A program made the position numbers and the translations under genes. A stretch of DNA of 64,000 nucleotides from Nemertoderma westbladi (taxonomy: Eukaryota; Animalia; Xenacoelomorpha), in NCBI GenBank assembly GCA_032718475.1, contig JAUCBJ010000825.1, positions 26,301 to 90,300 on the forward strand, written 5' to 3'. Shown one piece after another: positions 38,894 through 51,485 of the stretch; within the stretch, counting starts at the first letter, position 1, and each line of letters starts with the position of its first letter. A model generated the notes under the pieces. It was not told the origin of the DNA. It made no database searches and saw nothing but the letters and a program-made list of their open reading frames with translations.

Positions 38894-40134
38894 TGTAAAA
38901 GCTTTTGTGGGATGTAACTGGCCCTTTTGCTTTGCAATCCAGTTCCCCCCCAGGCGCTGGAATACTCTAAAAAGCTCTCTAACTCGAATGATGCAAAGCG
39001 ACCGGCTGATTGGCTGATTTGTCATACGAGGGGCTCTTTGCTATGTTCTATCGGCCAACCAGAGCTATAGCAGCAGAGTATGCAACCAGGGCAACCGAGC
39101 GGAGTGACTCATTTTGTGTGTTGGCCAAGGGCTGCAAAAATCCTGATAGTTCGGCATTTAGATATTCGTGGAACCTGTGGAATCTGGTGTTCTGCCAATG
39201 AGAGCTATCCCTCTCTGTGTAAAAAGATACCTGCAACGGTGTTAGAGTCAGAGAGTTCTTGTTATAGTTGTGTTGTTTCTATCTAGGCCAGGAACACCGG
39301 CTCTAGAGTCAATTCGTTTCAGACTTTAGAAGAAACATTAGTAGGCTTAGATTATAGAATGTATAACTGTTATCAACCTTAACAACTCAATCAGTCTTAA
39401 CGGCACATATATTGTCATATCATATCTTAACCTACCGTCTTAATGCTTTTTACTGTTGTTATTATTTTGTATCAGTTGGTTGAATATTATTTGGAGAACA
39501 CCTATAAAGAACCCAAATTTCCCAATTTTCTTGATACACTACAGGTTAGAGAGACAGGTTACATATAGCGATTGCGACTTATATTATTGTGGTTTGTAGT
39601 GAATTTAATGCTATTTGATAAGCACTACATGAGTCAATTGCTGTTCTCTTTATATATGATAAAATTCATTGACAGTCGGCAGATTAGTGTGCAGCATTGT
39701 GCGTTACCGGTAGTGTGCATGATTGTGACTGATAACTAAGCATTTCCTAAAGAATGCGCCTCATACGTGAATCATAAGCCTTCCCGACTTACCGTTGTGT
39801 TTAGTATAAGTCATATCTCTGTTTACCTAGATAGAGCGCCACGTCCTAAAGGAACTGTTAATATTTCCCGAAAGTGAATAATATTAGTCAGAAATTATTT
39901 ATTAACGATCAATCGAATAATACAGTAAGCTTACACTGCAATAACAATCTAAGCCCTACGAATCCAGTCTCCCGGGTATATCCAGCGGGTGAATGGACGC
40001 GCACTAGGCTGGCTTCGGCTAATGTTGTGTTTCTTGGTATTAAATACTTGTCATTTTCTAAAGTCTATTTATAAACCAAAAGACATATAAATTTTGGCAG
40101 GTTAAACTGCTAAAGGTCTTCAAAAGCGCGTACA
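38894..40134 (+). repeat. 3' LTR
   Basis: Copy of 26354-27594 at offset 12540. Confidence 0.97.
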
Positions 40135-41034
40135 ACCTTTAATATTATTGCTGACCTTTTGGCGTTAACGGCGCCTCATATTTACCTTGCCAAGTAATAG
40201 TGTTATGATAAAAAACTAATAAATTTTGAACTAAAAAATTAACTGTTTTTCTAAACATATGTAAGTATGGAAATCGAAAACGAAATAGTTGAAATAACCT
40301 GCCACGAATGCATATGACGACATAAATACACACAAGACAATATATGTCAATTAAAATTTCCGTACTTACATATGTTTTCAGCATATGTGCAGAAAACAGG
40401 AAAATTTTTGGCGCGCAAGAGCGCGCACACACACGCCATGTGCGCGCAAGCGCGTACACATATGCCATGTGCGCGCAAGCGCGCACATGTGGCTTGCTCT
40501 GTGGGCGCACGGCGCACGTTTTTGGCCTTTTCTGCGCACGCGCACGCGCACCCATTATTTTACCGCGCACAACGCGTTTTAATTTTTGCAAACATTTTCC
40601 AGGCTGGCTAGTGTGTAGTGCAGTGCAGATTGCTGAGATTGTATTGGCAGATTGGTACCACTCCTACACCCTGCACTACCGGCATGGCCTACTATATACT
40701 GATATAGGGCCTATATGGTACTGTGGTATATGTCAGTATGTAGATGTAGGCCATGCTACCGGTACCACTACTGCACAACTACCAGACTTGCAGACAGCCA
40801 GACCTAGTTGGAATATTTATCGTATTCGCGCCGAACAGGTACAGCCGTACAAGTTAGAAATCGCGCCGCGCCAGACGAAAATTAGCGCAGCAAATGCATA
40901 CAATTCGCGCCGTCCTAGCCCAAAATACGCACCGAGCCACATTGTAAAGATTTAGGTATTACTGTGTGCTACAACCTTAAATTCGATAATAATATTGTCG
41001 TGAACAAGTAGCTAAGGCTTATAAAATCTCTAAC

Positions 41035-44000
41035 ATGATTTTTCGTTGTTTCAATCAAATGGAGCTGAAAGATCTCATTCATTTCTTTATCATATATAGT
41101 TATAGCTATTGTACTCAAGTATGGTTGCCGCGTTCACGATGGGTAGTATCGATCTCATTGAAGGTGTGCAACGTTATTATACGAGACGTCTTTATTTTCG
41201 GTGCAATCTACCGTAGTTAGGACAAGTTATTTCGAACGATTGGAGCATTTTAAGCCGCAACCATTAGAAATTCGCCGTATAATTTATGATCAAAAAATGG
41301 TATTTTCTATTTTACACGGTTTGATAGATTTAGCCTTTGATGATTATTTCTCTTATCCAGTGCGTAGAGGATTGAGAGGACACAAGCACAAGCTATTGGT
41401 TAACTTAAAGTGGAAATTTCGAAATTTTCGTTTGCCAATCACGCGATTCCAATATGGAATGCATTAGAAGCCACAGTAGTAGATTCAGAGAGCTTACTAT
41501 CTTTGCATTAGACGCCACAGTAGTAGATTCGCAGAGCTTACTCTCTTTGCATTAGACGCCACAGTAGTAGATTCACAGAGCTTACTCTCTTTGCATTAGA
41601 CACGCCACAGTAGTAGGTTCAGAGAGCTTACTCTCTTTGCATTAGACACGCCACAGTAGTAGGTTCAGAGAGCTTACTCCCTTTGCATTAGACGCCACAG
41701 TAGTAGATTCAGGGAGCTTACTCTCTTTGCATTAGACGCCACAGTAGTAGGTTCAGAGAGCTTACTCTCTTTGCATTAGACGCCACAGTAGTAGATCCAC
41801 AGAGCTTACTCTCTTTGCATTAGACGCCATAGTAGTACATTCAGAGAGCTTACTCTCTTTGCATTAGACGCCACAGTAGTAGATTCACGGAGCTTACTCT
41901 CTTTGCATTAGACACCACAGTAGTTGATTCACAGAGCTTACTCTCTTTGCATTAGACGCCACAGTAGTAGATTCACAGAGCTTATCTCTTTGCATTAGAC
42001 GCCACATAGTAGATTCACAGAGCTTATTATCTTTGCATTAGACGCCACAGTAGTACAGTAGATTCAGAGAGCTTACTCCCTTTGCATTAGACGCCACAGT
42101 AGTAGATTCAGGGAGCTTACTCTCTTTGCATTAGACGCCACAGTAGTAGGTTCAGAGAGCTTCCTCTCTTTGCATTAGACGCCACAGTAGTAGATTCAGA
42201 GAGCTTACTCCCTTTGCATTAGACGCCACAGTAGTAGGTTCAGAGAGCTTATTCTCTTTGCATTAGACGCCACAGTAGTAGATTCACAGAGCTTACTCCC
42301 TTTGCATTAGACGCCACAGTAGTAGGTTCACAGAGCTTACTCTCTTTGCATTAGACGCCACAGTAGTAGATTCACAGAGCTTATCTCTTTGCATTAGACG
42401 CCACATAGTAGATTCACAGAGCTTATTATCTTTGCATTAGACGCCACAGTAGTACAGTAGATTCAGAGAGCTTACTCCCTTTGCATTAGACGCCACAGTA
42501 GTAGATTCAGGGAGCTTACTCTCTTTGCATTAGACGCCACAGTAGTAGGTTCAGAGAGCTTCCTCTCTTTGCATTAGACGCCACAGTAGTAGATTCAGAG
42601 AGCTTACTCCCTTTGCATTAGACGCCACAGTAGTAGGTTCAGAGAGCTTATTCTCTTTGCATTAGACGCCACAGTAGTAGATTCACAGAGCTTACTCTCT
42701 TTGCATTAGACGCCACAGTAGTAGGTTCAGAGAGCTTACTCTCTTTGCATTAGACGCCACAGTAGTAGATCCACAGAGCTTACTCTCTTTGCATTAGACG
42801 CCATAGTAGTACATTCAGAGAGCTTACTCTCTTTGCATTAGACACGCCACAGTAGTAGGTTCAGAGAGCTTACTCCCTTTGCATTAGACGCCACAGTAGT
42901 AGATTCAGGGAGCTTACTCTCTTTGCATTAGACGCCACAGTAGTAGGTTCAGAGAGCTTACTCTCTTTGCATTAGACGCCACATAGTAGATTCACAGAGC
43001 TTATTATCTTTGCATTAGACGCCACAGTAGTACAGTAGATTCAGAGAGCTTACTCCCTTTGCATTAGACGCCACAGTAGTAGATTCAGGGAGCTTACTCT
43101 CTTTGCATTAGACGCCACAGTAGTAGGTTCAGAGAGCTTCCTCTCTTTGCATTAGACGCCACAGTAGTAGATTCAGAGAGCTTACTCTCTTTGCATTAGA
43201 CGCCATAGTAGTACATTCAGAGAGCTTACTCTCTTTGCATTAGACGCCACAGTAGTAGATTCACGGAGCTTACTCTCTTTGCATTAGACACCACAGTAGT
43301 TGATTCACAGAGCTTACTCTCTTTGCATTAGACGCCACAGTAGTAGATTCACAGAGCTTATCTCTTTGCATTAGACGCCACATAGTAGATTCACAGAGCT
43401 TACTCTCTTTGCATTAGACGCCATAGTAGTACATTCAGAGAGCTTACTCTCTTTGCATTAGACGCCACAGTAGTAGATTCACGGAGCTTACTCTCTTTGC
43501 ATTAGACACCACAGTAGTTGATTCACAGAGCTTACTCTCTATGCATTAGACGCCACAGTAGTAGATTCACAGAGCTTATCTCTTTGCATTAGACGCCACA
43601 TAGTAGATTCACAGAGCTTATTATCTTTGCATTAGACGCCACAGTAGTACAGTAGATTCAGAGAGCTTACTCCCTTTGCATTAGACGCCACAGTAGTAGA
43701 TTCAGGGAGCTTACTCTCTTTGCATTAGACGCCACAGTAGTAGGTTCAGAGAGCTTCCTCTCTTTGCATTAGACGCCACAGTAGTAGATTCACAGAGCTT
43801 ACTCTCTTTGCATTAGACGCCACAGTAGTAGATTCACAGAGCTTACTCTCTTTGCATTAGACGCCACAGTAGTAGATTCACAGAGCTTATTCTCTTTGCA
43901 TTAGACGCCACAGCAGTAGTAGATCCACAGAGCTTACTCTCTTTGCATTAGACGCCACAGTAGTAGATTCAGGGAGCTTACTCTCTTTGCATTAGACGCC

Positions 44001-44963
44001 ACAGTAGTAGGTTCAGAGAGCTTCCTCTCTTTGCATTAGACGCCACAGTAGTAGATTCACAGAGCTTACTCTCTTTGCATTAGACGCCACAGTAGTAGAT
44101 TCACAGAGCTTACTCTCTTTGCATTAGACGCCACAGTAGTAGATTCACAGAGCTTACTCTCTTTGCATTAGACGCCACAGTAGTAGATTCACAGAGCTTA
44201 TTCTCTTTGCATTAGACGCCACAGCAGTAGTAGATCCACAGAGCTTACTCTCTTTGCATTAGACGCCACAGTAGTAGATTCAGGGAGCTTACTCTCTTTG
44301 CATTAGACGCCACAGTAGTAGGTTCAGAGAGCTTCCTCTCTTTGCATTAGACGCCACAGTAGTAGATTCACAGAGCTTACTCTCTTTGCATTAGACGCCA
44401 CAGTAGTAGATTCACAGAGCTTACTCTCTTTGCATTAGACGCCACAGTAGTAGATTCACAGAGCTTACTCTCTTTGCATTAGACGCCATAGTAGTAGATC
44501 CACAGAGCTTACTATAAATTACTCGATGTTGTTTGCTGCGTTTTTGCAAATTTGATAGAAACTTGGCGTGATCCTTTTTTCCTTTTTTTTTAGTAATTAT
44601 TTTTTAATCTTTTTAATTCAGATTCGTCAGTAATTACAGTAATTGGTTTTTAATACGGGTTCTGCTTCACTAATGATTCATAGTTTTTATTCGTTTTAAT
44701 ATTTAGTAAATAGATATAATCAATGTTCCTTGCTTTATAGTGTATTGAAGGAGTGTGTTTGCTTTCGATAATTTTTGTTCGCTCTTTATTTTATATTAAT
44801 AAAGTTTTATCATTCTGGATTTTTAGTGTATGACCCCCCATAAGTGCAGTTAAAGCCTGGGCGGTCTTCTCCCCTTCTATAATTAACTTCTAATTTAGCA
44901 TAAATGTTTATTTTACCATGGTTTTGAGTGTTAATAATAATAATAATAATAATAAAATAATAA
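41035..44963 (+). mobile_element. CR1/L2-like LINE 3' fragment with internal satellite
   Basis: SYFERLEHF...LEIRRI...LRGHKHKL...WNALEATVVDSESL; sequence resumes after the array; (AAT)n tail near 44933-44963. Confidence 0.7.
41459..44514 (+). repeat. ~44-bp satellite (~69 units)
   Basis: tgcattagacgccacagtagtagattcacagagcttactctctt with recurring variant blocks. Confidence 0.97.
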
Positions 44964-46859
44964 TATCAAAAGTTTCTAAATTTGCAAAAAAATGTAAAAT
45001 AAAATAATTAAATTAAGGACATTTATTCTATTAAATTAATACACATGACATGTTCTAGAACATTTTGATTATGTATGAATATCCATATACTTAATTATTC
45101 CAGAATATAAATCTTGTTTAATAGAGTCCAGTTGACTGACTGATATTACACTATATATATATTACCTATATTCTTATTTAATATTTATTCCACGAAAGTT
45201 ACACAAATTACAAACACAATTATTCTAGAACACATTTTAGATAGATTAAATTAAGAATAACGTCACAGTTTTTTACAAATTATTATGAATCTAAAAGTCC
45301 CATAGAACATCAACTTGAATCCGCAACTCACGACTAACTGATAAACACTATATTATCTGTATACCTATATACCTACTACCTATATCTTATTTATTAACTA
45401 TTCCACAAAAGTGAAACAAAATACAAACAAAATTGTTCTAGAACACATCATACTATATCTATATATCATATATCCTATACGTATAATACATTTGTTATTG
45501 TATGAAATATAAAATAGCTTCGTTGATTGTAAAATTCCCAAAGAACATTAATTTGAAACCATTACCCTTATAAATACTTGAATAACTACTTATTTATGAA
45601 AGTCCAATGGGAACATCAACTTTAAACCTATATAAAATTAATGAAAAATGCTATATATATATCAACTCTGAGTTGTTTAATTTATGAAGAAATAGCAACT
45701 TCTGAGTTATTAAAATAATGTGCTATTGTTCTAGATTAAATTAAATAGTCTGAGTTGTTTAAAATATGTGCCAAGAAATAGCCTTCTGAGTTATGAATAT
45801 GATATATATGAATATGAATATGTGCCAAGAGGAATATTTTTCGGTATCTTAATTTTAGTTTTACCGTTTTTACTGCATTGCCGTTTTCGAATTGAATTGT
45901 TCTAGAATAAATTCCTTACAATATAAACAAACTTTTTGTACAAGCACACATATTTACAATTTAAAAGTTCTAGAAAACACATGTTACTATAATAGCATAT
46001 TTTCATTAGTTACTATCATATAGCTTACGATACTAGACATTTTACGAATTGTTATTTACAGAGCATCTCCTTGAATTATCTTTACTGTTTTAAAGAAATC
46101 AACATTCTATTTGGAAAAAAGCATGTGCTCTAATAAATAAATTGAACGTTTGGACGTATTTGGAACGACGTGTTTTCACACAATCATTATACCCAAATAT
46201 TTTATACTTGCTTGGATTTATGAGATGTGTTTGGAGTTAATTTCTTCTTCTTATGGGTGAACTTTTATTGTTTTCAGAGTGCCCCCTCCCAATCTGAAGG
46301 AAGCAATACCTAGACCAAGGACCCCAAAATATTGTGCATAGAGAATTTAATGGACAAGATCTCAAGAAACAAAAACAATAACCACAGGGTATGTTAGCAG
46401 CAGTCAATTGATAAATGAAAACAATGGAATATATTTTGAATTCGATTAAACAAATTATTATCAATTATATTTAAAGATTATATATCATATATCGGAATTA
46501 CTATATATAATTAAGACCAAAAGACAACCTTCCATAACGAGTATCTAAATTTAACAAGGTGATCTTCCAAGTACATTAAAAACTAAAATAAAAAAAATCT
46601 TATAAGTATATAATCTAATAATAATAATAATCTAATCTTATATAATCTTATATCTTAAATAATAATCTTATATCTTCAAATCTACAAATCTTATAGTAAA
46701 TAAGTGCACAAACAAAAGTAAATGTATTTTAACCTAGACTAAACTATTAATGTATACCGGAAGTATTATACACAATTAAGATCATCAAGGCAACTTTATT
46801 AGATCATGCCGATTATTTGCTATTGTATTGCCATTAAACGATCTTGTTACCAAAAAAAA

Positions 46860-47490
46860 TGAAAAGAAACACGTTACAGAAATTGCCTTTTCTTACCTAA
46901 ACAATAACCGACTTAAGAATTAAGGGAAATGAGCAGATTACTAAACCCGCAGATTCCAACCAAAACAATAAACGACTTATGAATTAAGGGAAATGAGCAG
47001 ATTACTAAACCCGCAGATTCCAACCAAAACAATAAACGATCCCATTACCAATTGAGGAAAAGGAACAGGTTACATAAGCAGGCTTTCTAACAAAAATAAT
47101 AAGTGTTATCATTACCAATTGAGGGAAATGGTGGTTACACAAACGACATTTTCTAACCTATGCAATAAACGATATCTTGTTACCAATTGAAATAAAGGAA
47201 CAGGTTACAGAAGCGGGGTTTTCTAACCCCAAAACAATAAACGATCTCATTACCAGATGGAAACGAGCATATTACAGAAGTGGGGTTTTCTAACCAAAAA
47301 CATAAACTATCTTAATATCAATTAAGAGAACGGAACAGGAAATTTTTTAACCAAAAAATTAAACAATCTTAATATCAATTAACATAAATGAACAGGAAAC
47401 AAAAGCGGCCCTTTCAACAATAAACGACCCAATTACCAATTGAGGGTAAGGAGCAAAGATAAGAGAGGCGTATTTTACAAACCAAAACAT
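46860..47490. repeat. Degenerate ~64-bp tandem repeats
   Basis: attaccaattgagg..aggttacag..ttctaaccaaaacaataaacga; near-exact pair at 46917 and 46981. Confidence 0.75.
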
Positions 47491-47760
47491 TAAACTGTCT
47501 CGGCGTGTTACAAAATGTAATATAATTTACATTTAATACTTATTTGGCCTGATATAATACGATCATTAATTATGATTTTGGTAGAACGCATTTTAAGTAA
47601 ACTATAATAACAAAATAAATATTCCAAAAACATCAGTAATTATTAATAACCTATGGACAATTTAAAGCTATGGACTATGAAAAACGAAGAATAAAAAACA
47701 AATAAAAGATCATAATTGATTAATTATGCGCCCTGCTGCCCCTATGGGATGTGTGACGAG

Positions 47761-49487
47761 TTATATGTGTCCAGCATTGAAAGGACAAACTGGGAAGACA
47801 CCCACTGGATAATCCAGCAGCCGGATGGATGATATGTGGTAGGAAGGAGGAGTGACTTGTTCATCACCCTCCTTCAACGCTGGCCGCATCCACCCGGACA
47901 CCATCCAGTGAACCCCCTCCAAGACGTTAAGGTCCCTTAAAATCTGCCGGATATACTCACGACACCGAGGCACCTCATCCAGGCTGAGGCGTCTACCTCC
48001 TACAAAGCTGTTTAGAAAGCGACGCGACGTGACAGCTTCAACCCGATCTATGGCCTGGAGGAAATCCGGCTTAACAGCCATAGAGAATCCCCACTTCACT
48101 GTGGGGCAGGACACCAGACAGGGACAGTCCCTCCCGTACTGCCCGTCGCATAGTGCCCCACCACAGACGTCCTCCACCACCTTGATTCGGTTCAAGTTGA
48201 GGGCTGTCGCTCTCATAGCGAATGAACCCATCGCTGTCGACTCGGGGTCCCAAGTAACGGCCGACTTCTCCACATTGGACGGCTGGATTACCGGTACCAG
48301 CATATCGTCTACCCCGACAACAACGAGGTCGGAATTCTCTTTCCCTATGAGAACAGGGTCTATGATGTGGACTTGGGACCCCACGCCAACACTTCTGTCC
48401 ATAAACAGCCTTGCCGACTGTTTGCCGTCGTTAGCGATCACGGCAAACACCTCACCGCTCTCGGTGCATCTAAAATAACAAAATAACATAAATTATAAAT
48501 CCATTGCAGCAAATGAGTTTAGTATAAATATCCCCGTTATATTATTATAATTATCTTTTTGAGACACAGTAGTAAACTCCCACCTCGGCGAATTAATATC
48601 CCGCCTCAATGTTTAATAATCAATTAAGGGAAAGGTGCAGGTTACAGAGACATGTTATTCTAACCAAAACAATAAACTAAAGTTACAATGTTACAATGTT
48701 ACATGTTACAATGTTATTTTTGGATGTCATCAGCTGTTACGATTTCCCCTGGAGAGGGAAGAATTTTGATTTCATGGAAAGTCCCCTTCCCCACCACGCC
48801 TATTTGAACATTTTATAAAAATGTATAATAAATTTAATAAACCTCTTTTATTCTTATGAATATTAGAATAAACTGATAAAGTGTAGTGTATATTTTGTTG
48901 AAAGTTTTTTGCATTGATGTTGAAAAATTGCAACCTGTAAACACCATAAAAGCAAAATAACTCACAATATTTTATTATTTTTTGATTACTGGTTACAAGT
49001 AAATTAAATTGAGTTACATTGTACTAGATTGGTGAGTTTTTTTGGTGTCCCAGTCAATAATGATCAAAATGGACTACAATTCACACTTTGTGGGAATGAA
49101 CCCGCGACCTAGGGATGAGAGAAATAACCCATGGCACCCAATTCCTCTACTATTTATGCTATTTTATATTAAATGTATGTATTCTGTTTAAATCAAGTAT
49201 GGAAATAGATTATATCAACACAATAACCTAAAAAATATCATACGATTGTAGGTCTGCGTTGATTTTGAAAATTTCGTGGCACCAAATCCACCAGACTTTT
49301 TCTTTACAATTACGGACGAGGATTTCTTTACGTGCAGCACCTCCGCACACAACTTGAGGCCGTCCTCGATATCGTCACCCGCTTCCTTCACGTAGGGCAA
49401 CTCAACTTGACGATACCTTGTCGCAAGGAGGTGGTGGGCACGCTCCACATTCCCACTTATAACGTTTAGCGTTACCTCCGAAGGCAT
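47761..49487 (-). CDS. 2-coding-exon gene, ~322-aa uncharacterised Cys-motif protein (49487-49228, 48469-47761)
   Basis: AG|GTTATT donor and tttAG|A acceptor join YNRMIFFR|CTESGEVFAVI in frame; CGGALCDGQ..CPC motif; probable UTR exon 50309-50168. Confidence 0.7.
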
Positions 49488-50837
49488 TCTAAAAACAAAA
49501 TTATTATGGTGAATAAATACATTATTGTGAAATAAATATAGCCAATATTGTTGTGATAAAAAGTTTTCATTAATCCCGGCAAAACACATGCAAAAATGTA
49601 ACTAACAAATATTTTTTCAAACCGTGATATATTATTTACTTACAGTCTTTAGCAGAAAGGAAATGATACATTGATAGGAACATTTGTTTCTCTTTTTTTA
49701 GTATAATATTGGATTGATTTAATTCAAACTTATTTATTGTAAAGCCGGAATGTGCAAGCAATGCCCAATAAGACATTGAATAATGGTTGGAAGTAAAGTT
49801 CAAAAATTATATTCAATTGATATTAATTCTTTAGAATAATAATTATTGTTTAGCATAAACACAAAGTAATTAACCCATTATCCATCAGTTTTAGTATAAG
49901 TTTAAACCGGAGAAAAGGCTGTAGACAAAAATAAAAAGAAATGCAAATGTCTTTTTGATATAATTTTGATAAGAACGTGGTTGTGATAAGAGGGCATTGA
50001 CTTATTTTCAATAACAAATGAAAATTAATCGTATTATTATTTTAAATATTAAATATTTACATTAAGAATAAGAGCCTAGCATATATAATATCATAAATAG
50101 CAGCTTTCCTAGGCAATTCTTATATATCTATTAATTTAATTTAATTTTTAAAAATTAAATATTTTACCTATAACCCACTTGCTTAAAGGCCGAGCATAAC
50201 ATGGCCAGGCCATGCGTGAGTTGACTCTTCGATTTTGGAAATAATCGGTCTGGCAGAAAATCAGAGAATGTTTCCCAAGTGATAGACCCCCAAGGAGCGA
50301 AACTTGAAACTGCAACTAAATTCTAATTGACCCCCCCCCCCCCCCTCCCAAAATCTCTAATTAGACCCGCCACCCACCCATTCAACAACGGATATCAACC
50401 CACCCGCCCACCAGAATGTTGTCTAATTTAAAACTTCTTAGGTCAGCCCACCCGCCCACCAATTAAATTTTACTTTATTAGCTCACAATTTCATCATTTC
50501 ATCATTATTTCAGGAAACAGACTTAGAAAATTCTCGACTTTCGTTTCATTATCTACAGTACCTGTACTACTATTATGCATAACGTATAACACATTCATTG
50601 AAATAAGTAGCGTACTCTGGTATTATTATATAAAAGTACAAACACAGCGATGATCTGTCCGACTCCACTTACCTCAAATATTCGTAGAAAATAAGCGATG
50701 GACGAACTGATGCGGTACGAATCCAAAAATCTTTCAGTGAATGCTAAAAACTATAACAGGTAGAATAAACTTATTACCTTTATTGCTGAATTGCCTTAGG
50801 ATTTATACTGAACACACAAGGTTTGGCCTGACACTGT

Positions 50838-51240
50838 CTCTATACTGATGAGTCATTCAAAGACCTCGCCCGCGGCAGCAAGTAGACTATCACCACACCA
50901 CAAGGAACATTCTTCAGATGAATACCGCGCCAATGATACACATCAAGATTGGTTTGGACTTTGATGTATGCGACGACCATTAGGAAATGAATGCCCAGTG
51001 TCACTCTTCCTCCTGTCTCAGACAGTGGTCGAACATTACTTCAAAGAACATTCCCCGCACTACCTTGGTAGATATTACCTTTCTGCAGTTTATGTATAAA
51101 CAACCAATAGAAAGTGTTGTGTCTCACTATGGCTCTGTGAGGTCTCATCCTTAACATTACTTATTTCATGCAAGCATTCGACCAATAGAATGTGTCCTTT
51201 CAGCGGTTTCTATACTGATGAGTGCTTCAGAGTCCTCAGT
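50838..51240. promoter_or_regulatory. Candidate bidirectional promoter
   Basis: Lies between divergent genes; repeated ACCAATAGAA (CCAAT) at about 51103 and 51181; repeated TCTATACTGATGAGT at about 50839 and 51209. Confidence 0.4.
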
Positions 51241-51485
51241 AATTGGTTTAGGTCCAACTATTACTACAACAATCTCAGTCTTAGTATATTGGATTCTAGA
51301 GTTTGTGTAAACTCAATTCTGCAATTGATTAAGTAAACTATATATTTTAAGGGCTTCCAGGCGCCATTGTTGGCCAAGCCTAACTATTCTTGAATTGATG
51401 CCATAGTTTCTTACTTCAATACTTCTATATATTTCAATACTTTATTGTTATCATATTGATTAACCGTGTTCATCAAGCAGTCAAG

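Larger units (their letters stand above)
26354..40134 (+). mobile_element. BEL/Pao LTR retrotransposon, internally deleted (non-autonomous)
   Basis: Two 1241-bp TG..CA LTRs; 5-bp TSD ACCTT; purine tract GGGAGCGG before the 3' LTR; Pao-type gag, zinc knuckles, protease and RNase H remnant. Confidence 0.95.
25961..40159. mobile_element. Palindromic MITE (possibly Kolobok-like) split by the LTR retrotransposon
   Basis: About 75-bp inverted arms; the right arm runs about 26300-26353 and resumes at 40135-40159; internal TTTCGGCCGAAA palindromes; left end TTAA|AGG. Confidence 0.8.
24969..40607. mobile_element. Non-autonomous DNA transposon with 8-bp TSD hosting nested insertions
   Basis: TIR CCAGCCTGGAAAA / TTTTCCAGGCTGG; TSD CTAGTGTG (24961-24968, 40608-40615); GCGCA-rich subtermini at both ends. 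Confidence 0.85.

Noticed and set aside
50840-51240. Two CTGATGAG motifs as hammerhead ribozymes
   Set aside because: No GAAA after a stem II and no closing stems found.
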